Positions 9,956 to 19,137 of a stretch of DNA of 32,120 nt are shown here, one piece after another. Position numbers and translations under genes: made by a program. Source of the DNA: a bacterium UBP13_UBA5359. GTDB taxonomy: Bacteria > UBP13 > UBA5359. The notes beneath the pieces were generated by a model that had not been told where the DNA came from, did not search any database, and saw only the letters and a list, made by a program, of their open reading frames with translations. The stretch lies in contig DHPR01000023.1 of NCBI GenBank assembly GCA_002410925.1, positions 1 to 32,120 on the forward strand. Direction: 5' to 3'. Position 1 is the first letter of the stretch. Each line of letters opens with the position of its first letter.

Positions 9956-11089
9956 ATGCCATTGAATGAAAGAGAGTTGGAGCAAAGGAGTTGGCCACAG
10001 GCAGATTTCCCGATTGGGCAGGAGGTAGTAGGCAGAGGACCGGGGGAGAACAGCTATTACGATGACAGCGGCATTATGCTGCAAGCACGGGCAGGTTTTA
10101 TATGTACCAAGAAGCTCTATCCTCAGGATTATTTGGAATCGTGTTACGTGCAGGCAGGCAATGTGGAAGCCGTTGCGCTGCCGCTGCCAGCTGAGGAATG
10201 TGCCATAACTTCCATGGTTTACAGCGGCCGGCTCTATGGAACCACCGCCGGAAGGCGGGTTCATCTCTTTGTTTATGCAAACGGCCAGATTAGCAATCTA
10301 GGTGTAATAGAGGAGAATTGCCGAAAGAGTATTCTGGTCGTTGCCGATGGAGGGCTGTATATCGGAACGAAACCGGAGAATGGAGAGGGCTCTATTTATG
10401 CTTACCGGAAGAATCGCTTAGTGAAATTGATGTCTCCTGTGACCGGCGAAGGCGTGGCATCTTTGACAGCCGACCGAGAGCGCCTCTATGGCCTGACCGA
10501 TAGAAGCGGTACTTTTTTCATCTATCACCTGGCTGAAAGAAGGCTTGAAGTCAAAGAAGAGGTAGAGTTGCCGTTTTCACCCGTTTTGGCTCTTGCTTCC
10601 ACAGGCGATGTTTATGGCGTATCGGGATGGAATAAACTATTCAAATACGTCAAAAAGGATGAAAAGATGGTAAAACTGGATGTGCAGATCCCGACGCTGA
10701 AGGGGCGTGAGATGTACAACAGGGTGGAGAGCTTGATTTGTCACGGTGATTATCTTTACGGCGGCACCAACGCCGACGGCTGGCTCTTTCGATTTAGCCT
10801 GAAGAGAGCGAGGATGGATTCTTTGGGCAAGCCATTGAATCAGCCTTACATTCGTTGCCTGGCAGTAGCTACGGACGGCGCTCTTTACGGAATAGCCGGC
10901 CGGGATTGCTGCCATTTGTTCAGGTATGGCGAGGGAGACTTGAGAGATCTGGGCATCTTGCGGGTTACCTCCCCGCGTCTCTGGCATGGCTACCGATTTG
11001 CAGCCATGGCTGCCGGTCGACAGGGAGAGATATACCTGGGAGAGGCGGACAGGATAAGCCATCTCTTCATCTACCGCAATTCAGTATAA
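9956..11089 (+). CDS. Hypothetical beta-propeller repeat protein
   Basis: Recurring blade motifs (GRLYGTT, GGLYIGT, ERLYGLT, GDVYGVS, DYLYGGT, GALYGIA, GEIYLGE). ORF track start is 9938; ATG 9956 follows GGAGG 9943-9947. Confidence 0.75.
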   Translation: MPLNERELEQRSWPQADFPIGQEVVGRGPGENSYYDDSGIMLQARAGFICTKKLYPQDYLESCYVQAGNVEAVALPLPAEECAITSMVYSGRLYGTTAGRRVHLFVYANGQISNLGVIEENCRKSILVVADGGLYIGTKPENGEGSIYAYRKNRLVKLMSPVTGEGVASLTADRERLYGLTDRSGTFFIYHLAERRLEVKEEVELPFSPVLALASTGDVYGVSGWNKLFKYVKKDEKMVKLDVQIPTLKGREMYNRVESLICHGDYLYGGTNADGWLFRFSLKRARMDSLGKPLNQPYIRCLAVATDGALYGIAGRDCCHLFRYGEGDLRDLGILRVTSPRLWHGYRFAAMAAGRQGEIYLGEADRISHLFIYRNSV

Positions 11090-11110
11090 TTTTCGATGGG
11101 GGGAAGAACT

Positions 11111-12289
11111 ATGCGATCGATAATTTTCGATAAGCTGCCCATGCACGACACCTGTTGGTCCATAACCACCGGCAGGGATGGCAATATTTATGTGGGTGTC
11201 TGCGGAGAACTGGTGGACGGGCTAAGCGCCTTCATCGTCAGATACGATCCGCAGCAGGATAAAACGGAGTATATGCTGGAAGTAGGTCCGGCGCTGAATG
11301 AATCACCAGATAATGGACGTGCTCCCGTTTGTAAGATTCACTACGGCTTATTGCCTGCCAGCGACGGCAGATTTTACTGTGCTACTCACTATTCGGGACC
11401 GCCTGCCGGAGATTTTATTTGGCGTGCCTGGCATACTTGGGACGATCCCGAGCGCATGGCTCGAGGCTTTAACATTTTCAGCTACGACCCGGTTACCGAA
11501 AAGGTGAAGAACTTCGGGGTGATGAGCCCTAATGAAGGTAGCCGAGCTATGGCACTGGCCGAGGAAAGATGTTTGCTGTACGGTGTTACCTGGCCGCGAG
11601 ATCATTTCTACATTTATGATTTAAAAAAGAGATGCTATCGTGATCTGGGAAGGATAGGTGATACCAATGCCCAGTCCGTCTGGGTAGACGCAGACGGCAA
11701 CGGCTATACGGCGGATGATCTAGGCTACATTGTGAAGTATGATGCAGATGCTGGCAGACTGATGCAACTTAAAGTTCGTGTCCCCAGAGATCCGGCGGCA
11801 CCATCTGAGGAACGTTCGGTTTATGACGTTACGCCCGCTCCTGACGGCGAGAGCGTTTACGGCGTTACCTGGAACATGGAGAGAGTTCCTTTTATCAACA
11901 GGTTTTTTCGCTATCACTTTGCCGATAACCGTATTGATGATCTAGGGCCTGCTCCCGGCACGGATCCTAGCAATCATGTCGGCGGCCTGATCTGCGACGA
12001 TGACGGCTGGCTCTATTATGCTGCTTCACGCCAAGATAACAACAGAAGGATGCCTTACCGAATGTATCTCTTCAGGATGAACCCCGATACCCTGGAACAG
12101 GAAGAGATATGTTCCTTCGATGATGGCAACTATCATTCGGCGTATATCGCCAAGGCAACCAGAGATTATGCTGGCAATCTTTATTTTGCCGATACCAACA
12201 ACCGGCCTGAGAGAATATATGTCTACACGCCGCAGGGCAGCGGCAAAAGCTATACGCCGAGATGGCCCTTAGTTAGGGCATGGGGTTAA
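11111..12289 (+). CDS. Hypothetical beta-propeller repeat protein
   Basis: Blade motifs DGNIYVG, YDP, DGRFYCATH, LLYGVTWP, DLG, DGESVYGV, DGWLYYA, GNLYFAD. ORF track start is 11096; ATG 11111 follows a G-rich RBS. Confidence 0.75.
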   Translation: MRSIIFDKLPMHDTCWSITTGRDGNIYVGVCGELVDGLSAFIVRYDPQQDKTEYMLEVGPALNESPDNGRAPVCKIHYGLLPASDGRFYCATHYSGPPAGDFIWRAWHTWDDPERMARGFNIFSYDPVTEKVKNFGVMSPNEGSRAMALAEERCLLYGVTWPRDHFYIYDLKKRCYRDLGRIGDTNAQSVWVDADGNGYTADDLGYIVKYDADAGRLMQLKVRVPRDPAAPSEERSVYDVTPAPDGESVYGVTWNMERVPFINRFFRYHFADNRIDDLGPAPGTDPSNHVGGLICDDDGWLYYAASRQDNNRRMPYRMYLFRMNPDTLEQEEICSFDDGNYHSAYIAKATRDYAGNLYFADTNNRPERIYVYTPQGSGKSYTPRWPLVRAWG

Positions 12290-12329
12290 GAGAGATGCTA
12301 TTGAATGAAAGAGAATTGAAACAAAAGAG
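12287..12329 (+). repeat. Degenerate second copy of 9948-9990 (start of the first beta-propeller gene)
   Basis: TAAGAGAGATGCTATTGAATGAAAGAGAATTGAAACAAAAGAG vs TAAGAGAGATGCCATTGAATGAAAGAGAGTTGGAGCAAAGGAG, 38/43 identical by hand. Encodes MLLNERELKQK vs MPLNERELEQR, then stops at 12357. Confidence 0.85.
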
Positions 12330-12545
12330 AGGTGTTGGCTTCGCTATGCCTTCATGAAAGAATATGGACATCGTAATTGTTACGAGAGATAATAGGTATG
12401 ATGTCGATGATCTTCTGCAGAAAGCATTGCACGATGCTGAGTACATCGAATATCTGGCTTTTTTCAGAGAAAAAAGACCTAAAATTCGGGTGTCCTGAAA
12501 CAAATGAAATATCCGTATTGCAAAAAAATCATCTTCTTGCTATAA

Positions 12546-12860
12546 CCTGACTTTTACAGTAAAGCGGAAGCAAAACAGCCGGTATCCCAGTAAACAAGCG
12601 GATTACCGGCTGCTTTTGCTTCTCAGAAAATTGTAGGGAAACAGCTACTTCTTCGTAGCCGCCAATAAACTTCTTATCTCATCCCAGGGAAGTATCCGCC
12701 TTGAGAAAGCTATACCCAGAGTATTGCCGATGCATTCTACCATCTTGTCATAGTAGTCAAACATGTAATGGTTCTGCTGAAGATGCACGCCGGATACGGC
12801 GTTTAAACTGTCAATCATACGAGCCGGAGATAAGTTATACTTACCAAAATAGCGCTCTTC
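12546..12860 (-). mobile_element. Truncated IS1634-family-like element (transposase C-terminus and right end)
   Basis: ORF 12645..12917(-) contains GKYNLSPARMIDSL..HLQQNHYMFDYYD..IGNTLGIAFSRR..EIRSLLAATKK*, recalled as an IS1634-type transposase C-terminus. It is followed by a hairpin and a terminus reading CCTGACTTTTACAG at 12546. The DDE core is absent and the boundary near 12860 is approximate. Confidence 0.65.
12567..12622. terminator. Long inverted repeat / probable terminator within the IS remnant
   Basis: GAAGCAAAACAGCCGGTA ... TACCGGCTGCTTTTGCTTC, about 18 bp stem with one bulge, lying between the convergent beta-propeller operon and the transposase remnant. Confidence 0.6.
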
Positions 12861-12989
12861 TCTTTCAAAGTTTTTCAGCTTGGAGGCAGGTTCCAGGATA
12901 CGCTGAAAGGTCAGCATCTTCAGAACCTCATTTCCTTGGAGTTGATCCCATTCTCTTCCCTTTCAATCCCTCTGCGCTGAATTTTTTCC

Positions 12990-13018
12990 TTGACAAGCAA
13001 GCCGCAGGCGGCTATAAT
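12990..13018 (+). promoter_or_regulatory. Consensus sigma70/sigmaA promoter
   Basis: TTGACA (12990-12995), 17 bp spacer, TATAAT (13013-13018), a perfect consensus. The spacer holds the palindrome AGCCGC-AG-GCGGCT. Confidence 0.88.
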
Positions 13019-13029
13019 CATTTTATAAA

Positions 13030-13057
13030 TTATAAGCAGTTATAAGCAGTTGCAGTT
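13030..13057 (+). promoter_or_regulatory. Tandem direct repeat, putative operator
   Basis: TTATAAGCAG x2 (13030-13049) followed by partial TTGCAGTT, just downstream of the predicted +1 and with 10-bp helical periodicity. Confidence 0.55.
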
Positions 13058-13134
13058 AACAAGCGTCACTATCGCTTTTAACGATTGCCTGCTAAGGAAA
13101 TAGAAAGTTGCTCGTAGAGAGTCTGGAAGTTGCC

Positions 13135-13239
13135 ATGGCTACAATGCCAGCAAACAAGCCGGAACCGTTATACTTACAGTTAAAGGACGAGGATATCGAT
13201 CTTTATTGTTGTCGGCGGCACTTTGAATGTGAGAGATGA
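13135..13239 (+). pseudogene. Collapsed GntR-family regulator remnant
   Basis: MATMPANKPEPLYLQLKDE matches the GntR first helix (PLYxQL). It is joined out of frame to IVVGGTLNVRD, which resembles a LacI-type C-terminal strand (compare KILRGRLIVRQ in the intact regulator). Confidence 0.5.
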
Positions 13240-13266
13240 TACATCTTTGTTTGAGGAGGATTTGTA

Positions 13267-15522
13267 GTGAAAGCGCTTATTCCTTTCTATGCTATATTGG
13301 CGTTATGTATAAATACAGTCGGCTTCTGTGACGACAGCGTTTTAAACGGTGGAGGGCAGGAAATGCATGCTCTGGTAAATTCGGATAGCGGTGTGCCTCT
13401 TTTAATGCTCAATGATAAGCCTTTGCCGGTGATCGGCTATAGAGATCACCAGCCTGTTGCCCATATGGAAACCACTGCCAACTTTGCCAAGGCCGGGGTG
13501 CAAATCCATTTCCTGTCTATCAATCCCGGCGGCCGGGCATATCAGGGAGATGGGCTTTATAAGGGGATAGATAACGATGCTGAAAGAATCTTAAAAAAGT
13601 GTCCCGATACATACTTTCTGATCCTGGTTAGCGTAGATATTCTAAAAGCCAGAGAGCCGCGCTGGTTTGCCGGCAAAGCTGATCAGTTGGCAATTTGGCC
13701 GCCGAATATGCGCGAAGGTGATCGTGCCTCCATGGCATCCAAAATCTGGCGCGAAGAGGTAAAGGGCGATCTGCGCCGGCTCGTGCAACATGTGAAAGGC
13801 ATGCCGTATGCAGAGAGGGTATTGGGCTTTTTTTTAAGCGGCGGATCGGGTGAGTGGGGAGATTATTGGGATTACAGCACACCGGCCCGGCAGGGGTTCA
13901 TTGAATGGCTGAAAGCTGAATATGACGACGATGTTCAGCTTTTGCGAAAAAAATGGAATAATGCGGACGTTACATTTGAGAGAGTTACCATACCCGCCTG
14001 GAAGGAGCTGAGCCTGGCCGACGACGGCATCTTCTATTCCCCGAATAAGAGCCGGAGAATGATAGATTTTCTGACATACCATCATCAGCTGGCGGCGGAT
14101 GTAGCCATAGATTTCTGTAAGGTAATTAAGGAAGAGAGCGGTAATAAGAAACTGGCCGGACTCTGGAACGGTTATATGTTTTTGCCGGAGTGGTGGCAGG
14201 ATGGGGATGCAGCAGGCAATATAATCGCCAACAGAAGAGTAAAGATGTTCTCCCGAATACTGGAATCGCCCTATGTGGATTTTATCACCGCACCCTACTC
14301 ATATCAAGCAAGGCATAGCGGGGGCGCCTTCGTCTCTCAAATACCCCTGGACAGCATAATCCTGCATGGGAAACTCGCGCTTATAGAGGAGGACACAAGA
14401 ACATATCTTGTCACTCCGGCTCCGAATGCCGCGTATGCAACTTGGGGTGACAATTTTGGCCAGGCAGCTACCGAGAAAGAGACTATCGATATATGGAAAA
14501 GGAACTTTGCCGGGATTTTGACCAAACCGGGCAGCGGTCTATACTATTTCGGTCTTGGTAATGACGGTAATAAATGGTTTGACAGCCCGGCGCTTCTGAA
14601 AGCAGTGAGTAGCTTCAGGGAAATAGCCGGAACCACGCTTGCCAAAGATAAGAATGTTTCGAGCATTGCCGTTATCGTCAGCTACAGATCGTTCCTGTAT
14701 CAGAAAATAAATGATCTCAGCCGTGATTTTCTGCTCAATCAGATGTACCACAGTCTAACCATGATAGGCGCTCCGTTCGATATCTATCTGGATAGCGATC
14801 TTAGCAATAAAAACTTCCCGTTTGATAAATACAAGATGTATCTCTTTTTAAACAGCTTCTATCTGCCTGATGCAGAACGCAAGCTGATCAGGGAGAAGAT
14901 CTGCGGCAACGGTCATACGGTGGTCTGGCTTTATGGCAGCGGCTATGTCGGTGATGAGAATGCTCAGGTCGACAATATATCCGGCCTTACCGGTATAAAA
15001 GTGAGTAAATATGAAGGTAAGCTGACCCGCCTGAATTGCGTTATCGATAATTATACTCATGAAATAACCAAAGGTCTGCCCACCTATATGCGCTTCGGGT
15101 GCGAGAGAACGTTGGAACCGGTCTTCTGGGTTGATGACCCCGAGGCCCAGATTCTGGGCGAGCTATCCTGCACTACAAATGAAGGAGCAGTATTTACTTT
15201 TAGAAAACCCGGCCTTTGTATGAAGCGTTTCAAGGATTGGACATCGATATGGTCGGGAGTTCCTAACCTGCCGTCCCCCTTGCTGAGAAATATAGCCAAA
15301 TCCGCCGGCGTTCATATTTATAGCGAAGGGGATGATCAGGTCTTTGCCAGCGAGAGAGTATTTTCAATTCACGCCGGATATGACGGAGTAAGAAAAATAA
15401 GCTTCCCGCGTAAAACCACTATCTATGATCCCTTTAAAAAGGAATATGTCGCACGCAATGTGGATAAAGCGGAGAAATTTATGAAGAAGGGCGATACCTT
15501 GTTCTGGTTACTAAGCATGTAG
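13267..15522 (+). CDS. Secreted GH42-like (beta-galactosidase-like, clan GH-A) glycoside hydrolase
   Basis: GTG start with GAGGAGG RBS and a signal peptide. Motifs SMASKIWR, GGSGEW, DYS..ARQGFIEWLK.EY..LRKKWN, EEDTRT, and a trimerisation-like C-terminal domain (YKMYLFLN..VVWLYGSG). Confidence 0.72.
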   Translation: MKALIPFYAILALCINTVGFCDDSVLNGGGQEMHALVNSDSGVPLLMLNDKPLPVIGYRDHQPVAHMETTANFAKAGVQIHFLSINPGGRAYQGDGLYKGIDNDAERILKKCPDTYFLILVSVDILKAREPRWFAGKADQLAIWPPNMREGDRASMASKIWREEVKGDLRRLVQHVKGMPYAERVLGFFLSGGSGEWGDYWDYSTPARQGFIEWLKAEYDDDVQLLRKKWNNADVTFERVTIPAWKELSLADDGIFYSPNKSRRMIDFLTYHHQLAADVAIDFCKVIKEESGNKKLAGLWNGYMFLPEWWQDGDAAGNIIANRRVKMFSRILESPYVDFITAPYSYQARHSGGAFVSQIPLDSIILHGKLALIEEDTRTYLVTPAPNAAYATWGDNFGQAATEKETIDIWKRNFAGILTKPGSGLYYFGLGNDGNKWFDSPALLKAVSSFREIAGTTLAKDKNVSSIAVIVSYRSFLYQKINDLSRDFLLNQMYHSLTMIGAPFDIYLDSDLSNKNFPFDKYKMYLFLNSFYLPDAERKLIREKICGNGHTVVWLYGSGYVGDENAQVDNISGLTGIKVSKYEGKLTRLNCVIDNYTHEITKGLPTYMRFGCERTLEPVFWVDDPEAQILGELSCTTNEGAVFTFRKPGLCMKRFKDWTSIWSGVPNLPSPLLRNIAKSAGVHIYSEGDDQVFASERVFSIHAGYDGVRKISFPRKTTIYDPFKKEYVARNVDKAEKFMKKGDTLFWLLSM

Positions 15523-15547
15523 ATTATTTAATGTGAGGTGATTGCAG

Positions 15548-16216
15548 ATGAAGAGGAATAAAGGAACTCAGGGATTTACGGTAAATGAATTACTGACAAT
15601 GATCTCAGCTATCGTATTATTAACCGCCATAGCGCTTCCGGTATTCTCCAAAGTCAGAGCGGGCAGCGAAGAGGCCACATGTATGAATAACCTTAGGCTT
15701 ATAGGGGCTGCGTTAAAGATGTATGCGGAGGATCTGGGGGGCGGTTCGGCTTTCCCTCCGGTTTATAATCCCTCGGGTGTAGCCGGTCAGGGAAGATACT
15801 GGGTGGATTTTTTGGCTCCATACGCTGAGGCAAAGGGAAAATACGATAAAACTGCCAGGCCTTGCTATGCCGGTACAATCTTCGATTGCCCCAGTCTTAA
15901 GGATTACTCTGCGACTATGGTAACGGATTATGCTTATTTCAGAGTACTATGGGCAAATTCCGGTAATGCTGCAAATGATATCAAAGATATCAAGAAACCG
16001 CAGGAGGTAGGTATAATTGCCGATGCGGAATTCTTTACAGACGGGACCCCACCGTCAGCTAGAATTGGAACGCCGGGAGTTTCCAATAGCCGGACCATAT
16101 TAAGAAACAGACATAACAACGGTCTTAACATACTCTATTGTGACGGGCATGTAGAGCACGTGTCGGCTCAAACGGGTGATAATTTAAGGGACATATTCGA
16201 TGCTTCCAGGCATTGA
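15548..16216 (+). CDS. Prepilin-type DUF1559/H-X9-DG protein with non-canonical N-terminal helix (pilin-like 2)
   Basis: [57 protein letters not shown] track start is 15542; ATG 15548 fits the GAGGTG RBS. Confidence 0.9.
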   Translation: MKRNKGTQGFTVNELLTMISAIVLLTAIALPVFSKVRAGSEEATCMNNLRLIGAALKMYAEDLGGGSAFPPVYNPSGVAGQGRYWVDFLAPYAEAKGKYDKTARPCYAGTIFDCPSLKDYSATMVTDYAYFRVLWANSGNAANDIKDIKKPQEVGIIADAEFFTDGTPPSARIGTPGVSNSRTILRNRHNNGLNILYCDGHVEHVSAQTGDNLRDIFDASRH

Positions 16217-16255
16217 TCTATATAATTCGTTACAAAAGAGAAAGGGTGTAGGGCT

Positions 16256-16927
16256 ATGACCAGAGAAAAAAGGTCGCGGGGATTTACACTGATAGAATTA
16301 CTTGTCGTCATTTCAATCATAGCATTGTTAGCTGCCATACTTTTTCCGGTATTCGGCAAGGCCAGAGAGAATGCCAGAAAGACTACCTGCATGAATAACC
16401 TTAAACAGATAGGCACGGCGCTGTGGATGTATGCTCAGGATGAAGGCAACGGTTCCGTCTTTCCGCTGGTATATAATTCGGCCGTTGCTGCCGGTCAGGG
16501 AAGATACTGGGAGGATTTGCTGGCGCCGTACGTGGGAGCTAAAGGGAAATATTCCAATTCCGCTCGGCCGTATTATGCCAATACGGCCTTCGATTGCCCC
16601 AGCCAGACGGATTATACGGCAGGCTTCCCATCGGATTATGTATGCTTTCAAGTGTTGTTCTTCTGTCCGGGTACCATTACTATCAACGATACCACACAGA
16701 TAGAGAAGTTAGCGGAAACAGGCATAATAGCCGATGCGGAGTTCTATAATAATGCCAACCCGGGATCGGCTAAAATCGGCACCAAAGGGGAGAACAACAC
16801 CAAAGCCGTGCTACGGAATTGGCATAATGATGGGTTGAACATTCTTTATTGCGACGGCCATGTTAAGTACCAATCTGTCCGGATAGGTGACGACTTAAGG
16901 AATATATTCGATGCAACTCGGCATTGA
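16256..16927 (+). CDS. Prepilin-type DUF1559/H-X9-DG protein (pilin-like 3), tandem paralog of pilin-like 2
   Basis: [54 protein letters not shown]. Colinear with 15548..16216. Confidence 0.93.
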   Translation: MTREKRSRGFTLIELLVVISIIALLAAILFPVFGKARENARKTTCMNNLKQIGTALWMYAQDEGNGSVFPLVYNSAVAAGQGRYWEDLLAPYVGAKGKYSNSARPYYANTAFDCPSQTDYTAGFPSDYVCFQVLFFCPGTITINDTTQIEKLAETGIIADAEFYNNANPGSAKIGTKGENNTKAVLRNWHNDGLNILYCDGHVKYQSVRIGDDLRNIFDATRH

Positions 16928-16964
16928 TCTGCCAATGGAAGGGAAGCCATTCCGGGAGGTTGAC

Positions 16965-19091
16965 ATGGATGCGAAATCAAATATGTGGGGCAATCTATCA
17001 TCCCGTGCTTATGGTGCTAATGCAGTTTTTATTCCGGAGTATGGCAAGCCGGAGGGAATAGAGTTTATTCTGGTCCTTACCCAGAATTATCCCTCTTTCA
17101 AAACGCATCCTGTCCTGGATACCTGGCAGGGATATACAAAGGGTAGGGAACGTTTTGACGACAATAGAAATATGCGTGTTCTGGGATGGAAAAGCGATTC
17201 TCGGGAGAATTACTGGTCCTTTCTTTATTTGCCGGATAATGACGGCCAATGCCGGCTTACAGCGGAATTTATGGCCGTAGAAAGAGGCAGGCTTGATCTA
17301 CGTCTGTGCATGGAGAATCACTCCTCCGATGTCAGGGAATGGCAATGGGATATCTATGCTGCACCGATTCATACGGATGAACTGCCTGGTCTGAAGTTAC
17401 AGGAAAATGCCGGGAATAACCCGGCATTCTCCTTATGCGGCATGGAGTGGCGGATGACCAATCCGGAGATGCCTTTCAGAAGGATAAAAGCGGTTGATTC
17501 AAGCTTTTGGATTAACTTTCCGGTTAACGTAGATGCCGGCGACTCTTTGGAAGCGGCCAAGCTCCGTTTGAGAATGGAAGCTGAGCCGATAACCGTTGCT
17601 GGCGGAGAATGTCGTAATCTTTTTCTTACTTTGAATTGCATTTCTGGCAGCGAAGAGGCCGATCCTGTCTGGCCGGAGATTGAAGCACCGTCTGGTGAGG
17701 ATCTGCCGTATGCGCACCAATGGTGGGAGATATTGCATAATCGCCATTACGTTCGCTCTTTTAACAGCGATGCCATGGTCTGCCGCCTCTTTCCTGCTCA
17801 TCAGTGGGGGCGTTTTTACATCTGGGATGCCGGGATGACCATCCTGGGTGCATTGGAAGAGAGTATCTCTCTGGCGGAGGAGCAACTGGCTGAGATGCCT
17901 GACCCCGCTGCTATGAAAGAGGATGTTTTTAACGGCGTGGGTTCGTTTATCCCTACTTGTATTCTGGCCTGGTGGGAAGTGTACTCTTTTACGGGAGATA
18001 AAGAGATACTGAAGCGGCATTACGATCATATGAAGCGTCTTTGCCTGGCCTTCTATGCCTGGCCCGATTTGTTGCCGTTTCCTGATCATAACGGCCTGAT
18101 CAAATCGAGAAACAACCGCAACGGCATAGATGATCATCCCTCGCTGGTATACTGTGACGGGCGTCCCTTTGCCTGGGATTACGAGAGAACATTACCGGTT
18201 AACTCTGACCGATGCTTCAGACAGGCGCAGCAGCCTGGGTTAACCGCTCTGGCCATAAGATATGCCAAGATTATCAGACTGGCGGCTTATGTCCTCGGCC
18301 GGGACCAGGATATGGACTATATGAAAGTCCTGATAGACAAATCGGAGGCAAGCCTTAACAAGGAGCTCTGGAGCGAGGATTACGGCATCTATGTCTGGAG
18401 GACTGAAGAGGATGGGCAACTCCCGATGTACGGTCTGGATGGATGTTATCCGCTGCTGTCCGGCTCCGTTCCTTCAGAACGTCTGAAACGGATAACCTTT
18501 CACCTTTTTGATTCGGATGGCCTGTGGACGGAATACGGCCTGACAGTAGTGCCGCAAAACAGTCCTTATTACAGGGATAAAGGTTATTGGAACGGCGCTG
18601 TCTGGATACCACCGCAATGGTTTATGTGGAAGGCTTTTTATAATCACGGGTATATGGATAAGGCCGTAATCCTGGCCGATAAATTGCTGGCTCTGTGGGA
18701 GAGAAACCATGCTGAAGATTTATGCTGCTGGGAAAAGTTCGATATCTTCAGCGGCGGCAGAGGTGCCGGTAACAGCCGTTTTTCAGGGCTTAGCGCTCCT
18801 GTAATCTCTTTGGCGCGGGCACGGCGCAGGCCGGGGCGGGTTCAATTCGGCCATGATGTTCTGGGCAAATATGAAGTTGATGATAATTACAATAGTTTTG
18901 AAGGCGTTTTTCATAGCCCTTTTGACAGCCGGGAGACAGGAATAAGCGTTGTCCTGCAGCCTTTGACCGATTATCGGCTTTGCAGAGAAGGCTCTGAAGA
19001 TGTCCGGCTGAGAAGTGACCAATGGGGATATTTAGGCTTTACCGTCAATTTAACTGCCGGCAAGAGCGCTGAAGTAAGGGTGGAAGCGTAA
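16965..19091 (+). CDS. (alpha/alpha)6-barrel glycoside hydrolase, GH63/MGH1/trehalase-like
   Basis: FYIWDAG, GIDDHP, LWSEDYGIY, LWTEYGLTVV..SPYY..GYWNGAVWIP.QWF, CWEKFD. No signal peptide. ORF track start is 16911; ATG 16965 follows GGGAGGT. Confidence 0.8.
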   Translation: MDAKSNMWGNLSSRAYGANAVFIPEYGKPEGIEFILVLTQNYPSFKTHPVLDTWQGYTKGRERFDDNRNMRVLGWKSDSRENYWSFLYLPDNDGQCRLTAEFMAVERGRLDLRLCMENHSSDVREWQWDIYAAPIHTDELPGLKLQENAGNNPAFSLCGMEWRMTNPEMPFRRIKAVDSSFWINFPVNVDAGDSLEAAKLRLRMEAEPITVAGGECRNLFLTLNCISGSEEADPVWPEIEAPSGEDLPYAHQWWEILHNRHYVRSFNSDAMVCRLFPAHQWGRFYIWDAGMTILGALEESISLAEEQLAEMPDPAAMKEDVFNGVGSFIPTCILAWWEVYSFTGDKEILKRHYDHMKRLCLAFYAWPDLLPFPDHNGLIKSRNNRNGIDDHPSLVYCDGRPFAWDYERTLPVNSDRCFRQAQQPGLTALAIRYAKIIRLAAYVLGRDQDMDYMKVLIDKSEASLNKELWSEDYGIYVWRTEEDGQLPMYGLDGCYPLLSGSVPSERLKRITFHLFDSDGLWTEYGLTVVPQNSPYYRDKGYWNGAVWIPPQWFMWKAFYNHGYMDKAVILADKLLALWERNHAEDLCCWEKFDIFSGGRGAGNSRFSGLSAPVISLARARRRPGRVQFGHDVLGKYEVDDNYNSFEGVFHSPFDSRETGISVVLQPLTDYRLCREGSEDVRLRSDQWGYLGFTVNLTAGKSAEVRVEA

Positions 19092-19137
19092 TTACAGGCT
19101 GTGGATTCAAGAGATGCTAATGGAGGAAGTATAAATT

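Noticed and set aside
12539-13017. GCTATAA at both 12539 and 13011 as an IS target-site duplication
   Set aside because: The sequence before 13011 does not mirror the CCTGACTTTT end, and both occurrences are explained as -10 boxes.
12701-13045. 114-aa plus-strand ORF, and 26894-27100 (68 aa)
   Set aside because: Both are antisense to mobile-element remnants and have no motifs; the first also runs through a consensus promoter.
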